Source of the DNA: a virus
UHGV virus genome: UHGV-1362914
DNA length: 59,343 nt
Strand: one strand, 5' to 3'
Shown: piece by piece, positions 35,743 through 45,654 of the stretch
Layout: the number at the start of each line of letters is the position of its first letter
Numbering within the stretch: the stretch's first letter is position 1
The notes under the pieces: generated by a model
Database searches by the model: none
What the model saw: the letters and a program-made list of their open reading frames with translations, nothing else
Told to the model about the DNA's origin: nothing
Made by a program: the position numbers and the translations under genes

Positions 35743-36095
35743 TCGAATATGCGTTGCTCCATTGGAAGATGGCATTGCCACCCATTGGGGCGACCTCCTC
35801 CCTCCTCTCACAACTCGAACACGTTCGCAAGGTAACGGGGAAAACTCCCTCACAGCTCGAAGAATACGAGAGCAAAGAGTTGCCTAAAGAACTGGCCTAT
35901 ATTTATCTTTACTTTCAAGACTTTTACAACGGAGATCAGTTTAGTTATACTGAGCTTCAATCATGGCAGAAGTTTATTGGCTTTGATCTTGCATACTGGG
36001 AAGCCGAGCTGATACGCCAACTATGTCTTGAGCGTTTAGCCTTCGACTTTAAACGTCAGCAAGACTTTATCAAGTCGCAAAAAGGTAAAAAATAA
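35353..36095 (+). CDS. tail assembly chaperone frameshift product (gpGT-like), made by a -1 shift at 35715..35721 (T TTT TTA)
   Basis: The -1 frame ORF 35754..36095 has no start or RBS of its own. A slippery heptamer lies just before the G stop. The fusion ends at the TMP start codon. Confidence 0.5.
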
Positions 36096-39000
36096 TGGCC
36101 GATTCAGATATCATTATCCGAGTCAGAACAGACGGTACCGCCGCTGCTGAGACCGCGCTCAAGCGACTCGGCGATGTTGGCGTGCGTACTGAAGTTGTTA
36201 CTGACTCCATGGCCCGGACTTTTGAACGTAACAACAGGGCGATCCAGGCCAATACCGTTGCGATGCAGGCAATGCAGGCGCTTGGTATTGTTACCTTTCT
36301 TGCGGGTCTTGTTGGCGGTGTTGCCAAACTCAACGATACCTATACTAGCCTGACTAACAAACTTGTCAACGCAAATAGCGCACATGAAGATCTTGTAGTG
36401 GTACAGCAACGAGTCTTTGATATCGCGCAAAGGTCGCGTACAGGTTTGGAGGCAACTGCTACGCTATACGCGCGTTTGGAGCGTTCGCTTGCACAGTACG
36501 GAGCAACCTCCACGCAGATTGCTCGTGTAACGGAAACGGTAAGTAAGGCAATGATTGTTTCCGGCGCGACCGCTCAGGAAGCCAACGCCGCTATCATTCA
36601 GCTTTCCCAGGGCCTCCAGTCTGGTGTCCTCCGAGGAGACGAATTCCGCTCTGTTGCTGAACAGGCTCCGCGTCTGCTTAAAGCTATGGCAGATAGCCTT
36701 GGTGTAACCACAGGTGAGCTCCGGGCGCTAGCGGGTCAAGGTAAGCTCACTGCCGACATTGTAGCAAGGGCCATCTACGATGCTTCTGCTGCAATCGACA
36801 AAGAGTTCAACAATACTACTGCCACTTTCAGCCAGAAACTGACCGTTGCCAATAACAACCTCTTGAAGTTCGCAGGAACTAATGAGTCTGTAGGCGGTGC
36901 TACGTCTGTGCTGGGTGATGGTATTCTCTTACTGTCACAAAACCTCGATACTGTCGCAACGATTGTTGGCGTAGTGGCTACTGCGTTTACCGGTAAACTA
37001 GTCACGGCGCTCATTGCTAGCCAGGCCGCCTCTATCCGTGTAGCGGCAGCTCAGGCTATAGAGATGGCAACCGCAAAAGCTCTGACTAGTACGCGCGTAC
37101 AGGATGCCGCGGCGGCAGTGCAGCAGGCGAGAGCTACTCTGGCAGTAGCCGAAGCGGATAAAGCGGCGGCGCTTGCTGCTTTACAATCAAATCAGGCTTA
37201 CTATAAAGGTATACCAACACTCAACGCCTATTATCAAGCGAAGAACCAGGTCAAAACAGCCACAACCGCTTTGACTACCGCCACCACGACGATGAATGAT
37301 GTTGTGGCTACAGCTACAACCCGGGCTACTGTGATGGCGACTGCTATGACGGGTCTGCGAACTGCCCTTGCTTTAGTGGGCGGACCTGTCGGCGCTATTA
37401 TGTTGGCAGTTGGTGCGATCATTATGTGGAACCAGCATCAAGAGCGGGCTATTGAAAACGCTCGTAAGCTGGCAACAGATACTGAAACTCTCACTGATAA
37501 GCTAAAAAATATGACTACAGCGCAACAGGAAGCGCTACAGGTCGAATTAAAACGCGCTGCTGTTAAGTTAGAAGCACAGTTAGCGAAAGAAAAGGCAGCA
37601 TATGAGTCGCTCCAAGCCGGTGTAAAAAACCAAATTGCCTTGTCACGCGATGAAAGTCAGTCGATGATTATTCGTAACTCGGCGGTTGAAACAGCTAACC
37701 GCTTGGCTGGTGATGCGAAGATTAAAAACGGTGAGCTGTCAACAACTCAGAAGGAACTGAACCAAACTCGCGATAACTTGCGTGTTGTGACTGAGAACCT
37801 GGCAGCAGGTGAGCGCGGTCTAAGAGCTGCTGTAGATGACACTAACACTGCCATGAACCTGGCAACTAAAGCGGCCACGCAGCGCTCTGACGACCTTACT
37901 CGGGCCCTGCAAGCGCAGAACGCAGAGAATGACGTTGCGCAGCTTAAACTGGCTGGTAATGCCCGTGCTGCTGCTCAGCTTGCTGATGTTCAATCGCGTA
38001 TGCCTAAAGTTTACGCAGCTAACAAAGCATTCATTGATGATTTAATTGCAGGTCATGCTGGTTTAACCACAGTTATGACTAACGAGCAGCTTGGTATCAA
38101 AGAATTTATTGATCAGTCAGGTAAAGCTTTCGATGCTCAAGAGAAGCTTCGTCAGATGAAAAAAGATGAAGCGCAAGGAAAGCGTGATGAAGCTGCCGCC
38201 GCTCGTTATGAAGAGCAGTGGGATAAAGCCTACGAACGAACCGAAGCCCGGGGCGCTACCGCCTTAGACCGCTTGAAGATACAGCAGGAAGCAGAGGTCC
38301 GTGTAATAACTGATAAGGCTACCCGCGCGAATGCTACGCAGGAGCAACTTGGTAACGCTTTAACCGCTATTGACGCGAAGTATGCGAGAGAACGTCAGAA
38401 AATTGCTGACCAGTTTAACCCTGCAGGTAAAGCAAAAACTGAGTATGAAGAGGCTCTTAAAACCATTGGTCAGTTACAGCGAGCGGGCTTACTTGATCAG
38501 GAGCAGGTTAACAACGCTAAACTTACAGCGGAGAAAACATACCTCCAAGCTAAGATGCAACTGGCGCAACAGAACGCGGTAAGCGAACGTGATCAGTTGA
38601 AAGGCGAATATGATCCTGTACAAGCTGCCCAGAACCAATACGCCCAACAATTAGCCGCGCTGACTGAAGCGCATAACCTTGGTTTAGTTGAAGATCAGCG
38701 TTTTTACGATTTGCGTCACCAGTATTACACTGACTACTTACAGAAACAAGCAGTAGCTCAGAACCAAGAAGTTCTAGGTTTCTTAGACGCTACTTCGAGC
38801 ATGGCGAACAGCATGTCGAGCGTCTTGGAGAACATGGGGGCCAAGAACTCTGGTGCTTATAAAGCCATGTTTGCTTTGTCAAAGTCTTTTGCAATTGCCG
38901 AAGCATCAATAAAGCTGACTACTGCAATGGTTCAAGCTATGGCGGACCCGACAGCGCTTACACCGATGCAGAAGTTCGCAAACTACGCCATGGTTGCGGC

Positions 39001-39355
39001 AGCAGGTGCTAATTTGATAAACCAAATTGTCGGCGCAAGCATGACAGGTATGGCGCACGATGGTATTACGGAGATCCCAAAAGAAGGTACATGGTTACTT
39101 CAGAAAGGTGAACGTGTACTTTCCGCACAGCAGAACGCCGACTTTACTAACTTTATGAACAAGGGTGGTGGTAGCTCTTCTGGTTCGCAGGGTGGCGCTA
39201 CAATCGTTCAGCATATTACTGTTACCGGCAATGGTGATAAAACACTCAAAGAGGCTATGCAGCAGGCCGCGAAAGATGGTGCTAAACAAGGTTATGATAT
39301 GGTCTTGCGGGATACCAGCTCTCGCGGTAATATTAGCCGTTCGATTGGTCGTTAA
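36095..39355 (+). CDS. tape measure protein
   Basis: 1086 aa, alpha-helical, rich in A/Q/T/L. Confidence 0.85.
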   Translation: MADSDIIIRVRTDGTAAAETALKRLGDVGVRTEVVTDSMARTFERNNRAIQANTVAMQAMQALGIVTFLAGLVGGVAKLNDTYTSLTNKLVNANSAHEDLVVVQQRVFDIAQRSRTGLEATATLYARLERSLAQYGATSTQIARVTETVSKAMIVSGATAQEANAAIIQLSQGLQSGVLRGDEFRSVAEQAPRLLKAMADSLGVTTGELRALAGQGKLTADIVARAIYDASAAIDKEFNNTTATFSQKLTVANNNLLKFAGTNESVGGATSVLGDGILLLSQNLDTVATIVGVVATAFTGKLVTALIASQAASIRVAAAQAIEMATAKALTSTRVQDAAAAVQQARATLAVAEADKAAALAALQSNQAYYKGIPTLNAYYQAKNQVKTATTALTTATTTMNDVVATATTRATVMATAMTGLRTALALVGGPVGAIMLAVGAIIMWNQHQERAIENARKLATDTETLTDKLKNMTTAQQEALQVELKRAAVKLEAQLAKEKAAYESLQAGVKNQIALSRDESQSMIIRNSAVETANRLAGDAKIKNGELSTTQKELNQTRDNLRVVTENLAAGERGLRAAVDDTNTAMNLATKAATQRSDDLTRALQAQNAENDVAQLKLAGNARAAAQLADVQSRMPKVYAANKAFIDDLIAGHAGLTTVMTNEQLGIKEFIDQSGKAFDAQEKLRQMKKDEAQGKRDEAAAARYEEQWDKAYERTEARGATALDRLKIQQEAEVRVITDKATRANATQEQLGNALTAIDAKYARERQKIADQFNPAGKAKTEYEEALKTIGQLQRAGLLDQEQVNNAKLTAEKTYLQAKMQLAQQNAVSERDQLKGEYDPVQAAQNQYAQQLAALTEAHNLGLVEDQRFYDLRHQYYTDYLQKQAVAQNQEVLGFLDATSSMANSMSSVLENMGAKNSGAYKAMFALSKSFAIAEASIKLTTAMVQAMADPTALTPMQKFANYAMVAAAGANLINQIVGASMTGMAHDGITEIPKEGTWLLQKGERVLSAQQNADFTNFMNKGGGSSSGSQGGATIVQHITVTGNGDKTLKEAMQQAAKDGAKQGYDMVLRDTSSRGNISRSIGR

Positions 39356-39381
39356 TGTGGTCACTATAACAGGACGATAAC

Positions 39382-39975
39382 ATGGCAATATTAGACTGGC
39401 CTGAGCATCTCCGGCCTTCTTCAATGAGTTGGACGCTTTTATCTAGCGGGTCAATGTTTGAAAGCGTCTTCAATAAGTCGACACAAACTGTTACCTTTCC
39501 TGGCTCCAAATGGAAGGTGTCGATGAACTTCCAAGATTTAGATGATTTCGACTCTCGCCTTCTTGAATCTATTATTGTAGATCTTGATGGTATGGGCGGA
39601 CGTATTCGCATGGGCGACTTCGGTCGTTATGGTGTACCCCCTCAAGGTACTCCTATAATCAGCGGAGCTAACCAAACAGGGAAAAGCATCAATACAGCTG
39701 GATGGTTGCCAGATCGTATGATCCTTGCTCGCGGGCAATATTTAACAATCGGCGATGAAATGAAAATGGTGCTTAACGATGCGTGGTCTGATGAGCAGGG
39801 TTTTGCAACCATCCGCATAGGCCCTATGCTTCGCGTTTCCCCTGCTGCTGGCGCACCTATTGAGGTCCAAAGCCCTCGCGGTATTTTCATGCTAACGGAA
39901 AACGAGAATGGTGTTGATCGTAAACCTGCGTTCTCAAATGATTTTAACTTATCCTTCATGGAGTACATAGAATGA
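39382..39975 (+). CDS. distal tail protein (minor tail protein)
   Basis: First gene after the TMP. Confidence 0.45.
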   Translation: MAILDWPEHLRPSSMSWTLLSSGSMFESVFNKSTQTVTFPGSKWKVSMNFQDLDDFDSRLLESIIVDLDGMGGRIRMGDFGRYGVPPQGTPIISGANQTGKSINTAGWLPDRMILARGQYLTIGDEMKMVLNDAWSDEQGFATIRIGPMLRVSPAAGAPIEVQSPRGIFMLTENENGVDRKPAFSNDFNLSFMEYIE

Positions 39976-40556
39976 TTACCGCAGATTTATCTGAAGAGGT
40001 TGCATATTACTTGGCGCAAGGAAACGTAAACCTTGCGCTTGCAACGGAGATTGAATTTAACTCCGGTATATCGCGCTATCACTCTGCTACAGGTCAAATA
40101 GAAATTGGTGGTGAGATCTTTTATGGAACAGGTCAGCTAGGCGACTGCTCTGTAATTAATGAAGAGAACAATACCTCTGACCAACAAATTAACTTGACGC
40201 TTAATGGCTTAAATAACGAGCTCGTAGCAATAGCTTTAAATGAAAAAGTCGTCGGTCGTCGGGTGACTTGCTACATTGTCGTTTTTGACGATGATTATAC
40301 AGCAATGGCGTATAACATTATCTACGTAGGAAAGATCGCTCAACCTGCTTTAAGCGCGGGCGGTACTTGTGCGATTTCTTATAATGTGGGTAACATCTTT
40401 CAGGAATGGTCAAAAAGTAAGCCATACCGCTTCACGGACGAGTCACATGTTAAAGATCATCCAGGCGACAGGATTTTCAGATATGTTGGTCAAATGTCTG
40501 AACGTTCTATTTATTGGGGTAGCAAAAAAGATGCTCCGGGGTTCACATACTCATGA
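39972..40556 (+). CDS. minor tail protein (gpL-like)
   Basis: Position. Cys pairs. Confidence 0.4.
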   Translation: MITADLSEEVAYYLAQGNVNLALATEIEFNSGISRYHSATGQIEIGGEIFYGTGQLGDCSVINEENNTSDQQINLTLNGLNNELVAIALNEKVVGRRVTCYIVVFDDDYTAMAYNIIYVGKIAQPALSAGGTCAISYNVGNIFQEWSKSKPYRFTDESHVKDHPGDRIFRYVGQMSERSIYWGSKKDAPGFTYS

Positions 40557-40960
40557 AAAGATATATTGATTGGCAAGTGCGTTTATTGGCTCTTACAGAA
40601 TCTCGTGAAGAAGTTCCGTTTGAGTGGGGTAAATACGATTGCTGCCTGTTCGCTGCTGATGTCGTAAGGGAAATGACTGGTGAAGACTATGCTGAACCTT
40701 TCCGTGGCAAGTACACAACGGAAGAAGGTGCTAAGGCTCTTTTAGAAGAAAAAGGTGGATTGGTAGAATATATTGATTCAGTTCTTCCCCGTAAAGACGT
40801 TAACTTTGCACAGCGCGGCGATGTTGTCCTGGTAACCACAGATCTTGGCGATACTCTCGGTATTTTTTGGAGTATGGGCCAGGTATGGTTACATGCTCCT
40901 GAAGGTGTTAAATTGTTCCCAAGAATGAAGAACAAGATCACAAAAGCGTGGGGAGTATAA
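40553..40960 (+). CDS. tail NlpC/P60 peptidase domain protein (gpK-like C-terminal domain)
   Basis: YDCCLFAADVV catalytic Cys context and a downstream His (LHAP). Confidence 0.5.
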   Translation: MKRYIDWQVRLLALTESREEVPFEWGKYDCCLFAADVVREMTGEDYAEPFRGKYTTEEGAKALLEEKGGLVEYIDSVLPRKDVNFAQRGDVVLVTTDLGDTLGIFWSMGQVWLHAPEGVKLFPRMKNKITKAWGV

Positions 40961-40963
40961 CAG

Positions 40964-43213
40964 ATGCCACCAGCAATAATTGCCGGAGCGATTGCAATCG
41001 GAGCCTCAGCGGCTGCCTATGCCGGATATATCACAATAACAACAGCCCTTATTATTTCAATGACGGCAACGGTTGCGGGTGCTATGCTAACGAAAGTCTC
41101 TGTACCTTCGTTAGGGGCATATACCTCACAACAGGATCGAAAGCAAGTCTTGCGATCCTCGGCGGCACCAAAGAACTATATTTACGGTAAGACTAAAATG
41201 TCTGGCGTAATGTTCTTTGCTGAAGAGCAAGCTGGCGATCAAACTGATAAAGAATGGCTCCATATTGCTATTGCTGTTTGTGCCCATGAGGCGAATGCCA
41301 TATTAGCTGTTTACTTAGGTGACGATGATATCAGCACCTACGGTGAATACGCACAATACCAAGTTCACAATAATTCAACTGATGTGTCGGATATGCTTTC
41401 CCGGGCACCTTCGTGGAAGCCCGACATGATTGGGCAGGGCATCTGCTGGGTACGTCTGTCTCTTAAATTCAACCAGGAAAAATTCCCTTCCGGTTTGCCG
41501 AATATTACTTTCCTTGTTGAAGGTAAGAAAGTTTATGACCCCCGATCAGGTCTAACCCAATATTCCAATAATGCCGCTTTATGTATCCTCGACTACTATC
41601 GCGATTATCTGAAAGTACCAGATTCAGAATTGCTAATGGAAGAATTTATCGAAGCTGCTAACCTTTGCGACGAAACTATCAACGGCAACTCCTATTCGGA
41701 ACCTCGTTATACAATTAATGGGGTTTTCGATGCCTCCGAAGCTGTTTCGTCGACGTTAGATGATCTCCATTTATGCTGTGCAGGTGAACCAACTTACATT
41801 GGTGGTAAACATGGCCTATTAGTTGGTGCCTATTACGGCCCAGCTACTATGGTGCTAGACGAAAGTCAGATTGTCGGGGATATAAAGATCGTCCCTGAGA
41901 CTCCATGGAACGAACGTATTAACATCGTACAAGGTACTTTCATTGATCCTGAGCAAGGTTATACAGAGGTTGACTACCCCGCTGTAAAAGTTGATGCCTA
42001 CATTATTGAAGACGGTGCTGAGTTCACTACTGATCAGAAATACCGTTTTGTTACTTCAGAGTTTCAAGCCCAGCGACTGGCCCAGATAGCGATAAACCGC
42101 AAGCGCCTGGGGCGCACCATGGATATATCGTTAAACTTTGCAGGATACCCTTATCGCCCGGGGCGGTATGTTAAAATCAACATTCCACAGCTCGGTATCG
42201 ATATGGAGGAATTCCGCGTTACTAAATGGGCGCTGAATCCTAACGGTACGGGTATTAAGATTACTGTTCGCCAAGAAAACGCTGATGTTTGGGGCGATGC
42301 CGTTGGTAAACCTATTGACAGACCAGATCTAACGAACTTACCAGGCCCGAACGTACCGGCACCAACGAACATTCAATTTATTCCTGTGGCCTCAAATGCT
42401 GAGGTTAACTATCAGGGTGAGTTGTCGTGGGTTAACCCGACTATAGTTGATTTTACGCAAATCATTATTCAGGGCAACGGTAAGACAATTGTTAGCCAGC
42501 AGTCAACAGAAAACAAAATTCAGGTAAACGGATTAGACCGCGGCATTACCTACACAGCGTATTTGCGTAACTCTGCTAAGGGCGGAATCCTGAGTAATGT
42601 GGCCACATTACAATTCGTCTTGGCTATTGACTCAAAGTATTATGGTGACATTTACGCAAACAACGGTTATTTTAAAGGGACTGTTTACGCAAACAACATA
42701 GTTGGCGACGTCTATAACAAGATGTCTGGTGGTATCTCATATGTGAACGTATCAGATGACTACGGTAGTGGGTTTCCATGGGCATCGAACGCAGGTGAGC
42801 ATGTGATCTGGTCTATACCGGGAGAGGAGTTCGACAGGATAATGGACTCTAATCTATATTTAACCCTGACATCGTCACAGAGGCAATACTTCACCATACT
42901 GATGAGGGCACCGGGTTTGCCGGACCAGCAGGTGGCACATATCGACACCGGAAACGGCGGTGAAAACTCCCCCGCCGTTGTCCAATTAAATGGAGTGACC
43001 GTCCCGGCTACTGACAGGAACACACCATGTCAATTGGTGTGCGTTGTAGGTGAAAATAGGTCGTCAGGGGCGTCGTTCTTCACACCCTACGCCATGCAAA
43101 CAGTAAAAGCTGACAGTGGCTCCGGAGCGTTGGAGCTAGTGGGTAGAGTTGTTAGGGAAGTTCCGTGGGTGGCTCTTTATAAGAAGGGCAGGACTCCAAT
43201 CATACCGGTTTAA
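40964..43213 (+). CDS. central tail fiber / tip attachment protein J-like with FN3 domain
   Basis: 749 aa. Hydrophobic N-terminus. Internal FN3-like segment (NVPAPTNIQF...ITYTAYLRN). Confidence 0.55.
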   Translation: MPPAIIAGAIAIGASAAAYAGYITITTALIISMTATVAGAMLTKVSVPSLGAYTSQQDRKQVLRSSAAPKNYIYGKTKMSGVMFFAEEQAGDQTDKEWLHIAIAVCAHEANAILAVYLGDDDISTYGEYAQYQVHNNSTDVSDMLSRAPSWKPDMIGQGICWVRLSLKFNQEKFPSGLPNITFLVEGKKVYDPRSGLTQYSNNAALCILDYYRDYLKVPDSELLMEEFIEAANLCDETINGNSYSEPRYTINGVFDASEAVSSTLDDLHLCCAGEPTYIGGKHGLLVGAYYGPATMVLDESQIVGDIKIVPETPWNERINIVQGTFIDPEQGYTEVDYPAVKVDAYIIEDGAEFTTDQKYRFVTSEFQAQRLAQIAINRKRLGRTMDISLNFAGYPYRPGRYVKINIPQLGIDMEEFRVTKWALNPNGTGIKITVRQENADVWGDAVGKPIDRPDLTNLPGPNVPAPTNIQFIPVASNAEVNYQGELSWVNPTIVDFTQIIIQGNGKTIVSQQSTENKIQVNGLDRGITYTAYLRNSAKGGILSNVATLQFVLAIDSKYYGDIYANNGYFKGTVYANNIVGDVYNKMSGGISYVNVSDDYGSGFPWASNAGEHVIWSIPGEEFDRIMDSNLYLTLTSSQRQYFTILMRAPGLPDQQVAHIDTGNGGENSPAVVQLNGVTVPATDRNTPCQLVCVVGENRSSGASFFTPYAMQTVKADSGSGALELVGRVVREVPWVALYKKGRTPIIPV

Positions 43214-43223
43214 GGAAACTGAA

Positions 43224-44966
43224 ATGACTGCAAGAATATCAGGCATACTGATAGACGGATTCGGGGAGCCGATAGCTAACGCCCAGATGCGGGCAGTATC
43301 CCGTGAAACAGGGGAATCGATCGTAGGGTCAAGTGCGTATACCAAGACAGAGGCCGACGGCAGTTACGATTTCACCTTAGAAATAGGTTCGTACTCATTC
43401 AGCATATGGTTTGGATCTCTCGGGTATCAATATGTCGGAGACATATACATACAGGATGGGACACCAGACTGCTCGCTAGATGACGCTTTATCACTACCTT
43501 CGAATATCCAGCCTATGGTCCTGACTAAAGTGCTGCAAGCCGCCATCGATGCCCAAAATGCGGCAAACTCGGCCGCAGAAGAAGTTCGGGACATTCTGAT
43601 ACCACTCAGCCGCCAATACATGACGCTGGCGGCTGCTCAGGCGGATATTGCGAACATCCCCGAGGGCAGTACCACATATTACCGCAGCCCAGACGACAGC
43701 GCTCTCGCAATTGAGGTGATGAACGTTGGCGGGACTTTAACCGAGACAGGGCGTAAAATGCCATCTCAGGCTTCCGTGAACGATGTAAATAACCACTTAA
43801 ATGAAGAAATAAAACAAAGAAAACAACTGATTGATTCGAACGTTCAACCGGGGGTTTTATCAATATTAGATGACAACGGTTACGAAGGCGGCCGCATCAC
43901 CATGTCCAGCTTGGAGCTGCAGAAATTCAAAATCCTGTACTCCGCCCTTGGTCCGATACTGGCATTACAGGACAGCAACGGATACGGCTCGCAAATCATG
44001 ACCCCCGATGGCAAGCTAATGGCCGGCATGACCAAGTTCTTTGATGGCCCGGGCCTGCTCTCCCTCTTTGGCCAGAATGGCTTCGGTACAGTCCTCCTGG
44101 ATGAAAACGGTGCGCTTTGCGTCGGGTCTAACCGGCTGTTTGAGGTCAAAGGCTACACATTTGCGGCCTTTGATTCTAACGGATGGGTTATCTGGGGAAT
44201 CACGGATGAGGGTTACACCGTAAGCCGGAATGGTAGCGGCAACGTGGAGCCTGTACCATCGGTTCTGGAAAGCAATTCCGTCGGCCACTGGCTGTTCGGA
44301 CGTGAAGCGACCAGTTATGGCAGCCGCGTCGGCACTAAAGCGCTGGTCCCGCAGGCGACTCCATCGTTTAACGGGAACTACATCACGACCTTGCCATGGG
44401 GCGGCGCACTGGTTTCGGATATCCCGGACGCGGGCGAATACACGGTGTGCGCAGTGGTTCGTGTTCCTGCACAGTCCCCGGAAACCGATTGCGTTGTGGT
44501 CTACGGGACGCAGAATGGTTACTCTCTGCGTGACGACGACGATACTTACACCGGCAACCAACTTTCCCTTTTCTCTGACCGTGATACACGGCGCTGGATT
44601 CGGTCTAAAATATCAGGGTATCGTGGTACGTCCCGTCAATACCCGACCATGCAGCCGCCTGTCAGCGAGTGGATTTTCGTTTCGCACGTTGTACGTTTAA
44701 CTGGCACCGGGAAGCGCTATCAGGCGATAGTCGTTGGCGACGGGTATTTCCAAGAGCTGCGCGAAGCCGACACGGACCGGCTGATATTGTCAGGCCGTAA
44801 TGTTGCGGTGGGCAACGCATATTGCGATGTCGCGGCATTTAAGACAAAAGGTTTGGATATCGCGGAATTTATTTATTTTGACCATGCACTTTCTGCAGAA
44901 GACGTAAGAAACGTGTATATTAACTCACGAATCAGAATGGCCGAACGGTCAATTGACCTTAACTAA
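43224..44966 (+). CDS. tail fiber / receptor-binding protein (N-terminal Ig/prealbumin-like, C-terminal lectin-like)
   Basis: AAGGAAA RBS. 580 aa. GC content jumps to about 58-60 percent. Confidence 0.45.
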   Translation: MTARISGILIDGFGEPIANAQMRAVSRETGESIVGSSAYTKTEADGSYDFTLEIGSYSFSIWFGSLGYQYVGDIYIQDGTPDCSLDDALSLPSNIQPMVLTKVLQAAIDAQNAANSAAEEVRDILIPLSRQYMTLAAAQADIANIPEGSTTYYRSPDDSALAIEVMNVGGTLTETGRKMPSQASVNDVNNHLNEEIKQRKQLIDSNVQPGVLSILDDNGYEGGRITMSSLELQKFKILYSALGPILALQDSNGYGSQIMTPDGKLMAGMTKFFDGPGLLSLFGQNGFGTVLLDENGALCVGSNRLFEVKGYTFAAFDSNGWVIWGITDEGYTVSRNGSGNVEPVPSVLESNSVGHWLFGREATSYGSRVGTKALVPQATPSFNGNYITTLPWGGALVSDIPDAGEYTVCAVVRVPAQSPETDCVVVYGTQNGYSLRDDDDTYTGNQLSLFSDRDTRRWIRSKISGYRGTSRQYPTMQPPVSEWIFVSHVVRLTGTGKRYQAIVVGDGYFQELREADTDRLILSGRNVAVGNAYCDVAAFKTKGLDIAEFIYFDHALSAEDVRNVYINSRIRMAERSIDLN

Positions 44967-44976
44967 GGGGTATACC

Positions 44977-45654
44977 ATGCCAGGATTAGGATTAGAAGTT
45001 TCAGGATTAGACGCATCGGGCTTTGCAAACGTGTATTCCCCGCCGGTGGGAGGCGCCGTTGACTGGGTAAATACTGAAAACTCGACCAAGGATGCGTCCC
45101 GTCGACTGAAAAACTGGGGTTCCGCGGGCGGTTCAGTAGCGTTATCCGGGAACGCCGCGCTGGCGGCGGTAGGTGTGCAGGCAGCAGCGGGTACGGAAAG
45201 CCGTATGACCCTCGGCGTTCATACTGACGACGCGTTCACCTTCATCGCACTGGTCGACGTGGGAGTATCCGCCGCAATCATGCGCCAGCGTAATATCCGG
45301 CTCCAGACCAACGAGTCTAAAGCCCTGATGCGCGTTATGGCGGCCGGCGTTTCCACCTCGACAATTATTGCACCGTCTACCGGGGCATTTGTCGCATTCA
45401 TTAACGGCGATCTGACAGGACACAGTTTCGGTATGCTGACCGCCTCGTCAGTTCAGAAAGTGGATTCGACGGCGGTCAACACTTCGGGCGTCGCAACCGC
45501 GGTTGGTGGCCTCAATAGCGCGGCAGAAGCAAAACCGTGGACCAGCTACGGGGCGGCGTACTACAACCGCCGTCTGACTGACGCGGAGATGATGCTGGTG
45601 GCACAACGTCTTATCAAGCGAGCTCGTGAACTGGGGGTAACGGTAAATGGCTGA
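44977..45654 (+). CDS. tail fiber-associated protein
   Basis: AAGGGG RBS. High GC. Confidence 0.4.
   Translation: MPGLGLEVSGLDASGFANVYSPPVGGAVDWVNTENSTKDASRRLKNWGSAGGSVALSGNAALAAVGVQAAAGTESRMTLGVHTDDAFTFIALVDVGVSAAIMRQRNIRLQTNESKALMRVMAAGVSTSTIIAPSTGAFVAFINGDLTGHSFGMLTASSVQKVDSTAVNTSGVATAVGGLNSAAEAKPWTSYGAAYYNRRLTDAEMMLVAQRLIKRARELGVTVNG

Noticed and set aside
36070-37422. Minus-strand and alternate-frame ORFs inside the tape measure gene (36070..36333, 36104..36430, 36775..37014, 37234..37422)
   Set aside because: They are shadows within a 1086-aa continuous gene with a clear helical TMP composition.
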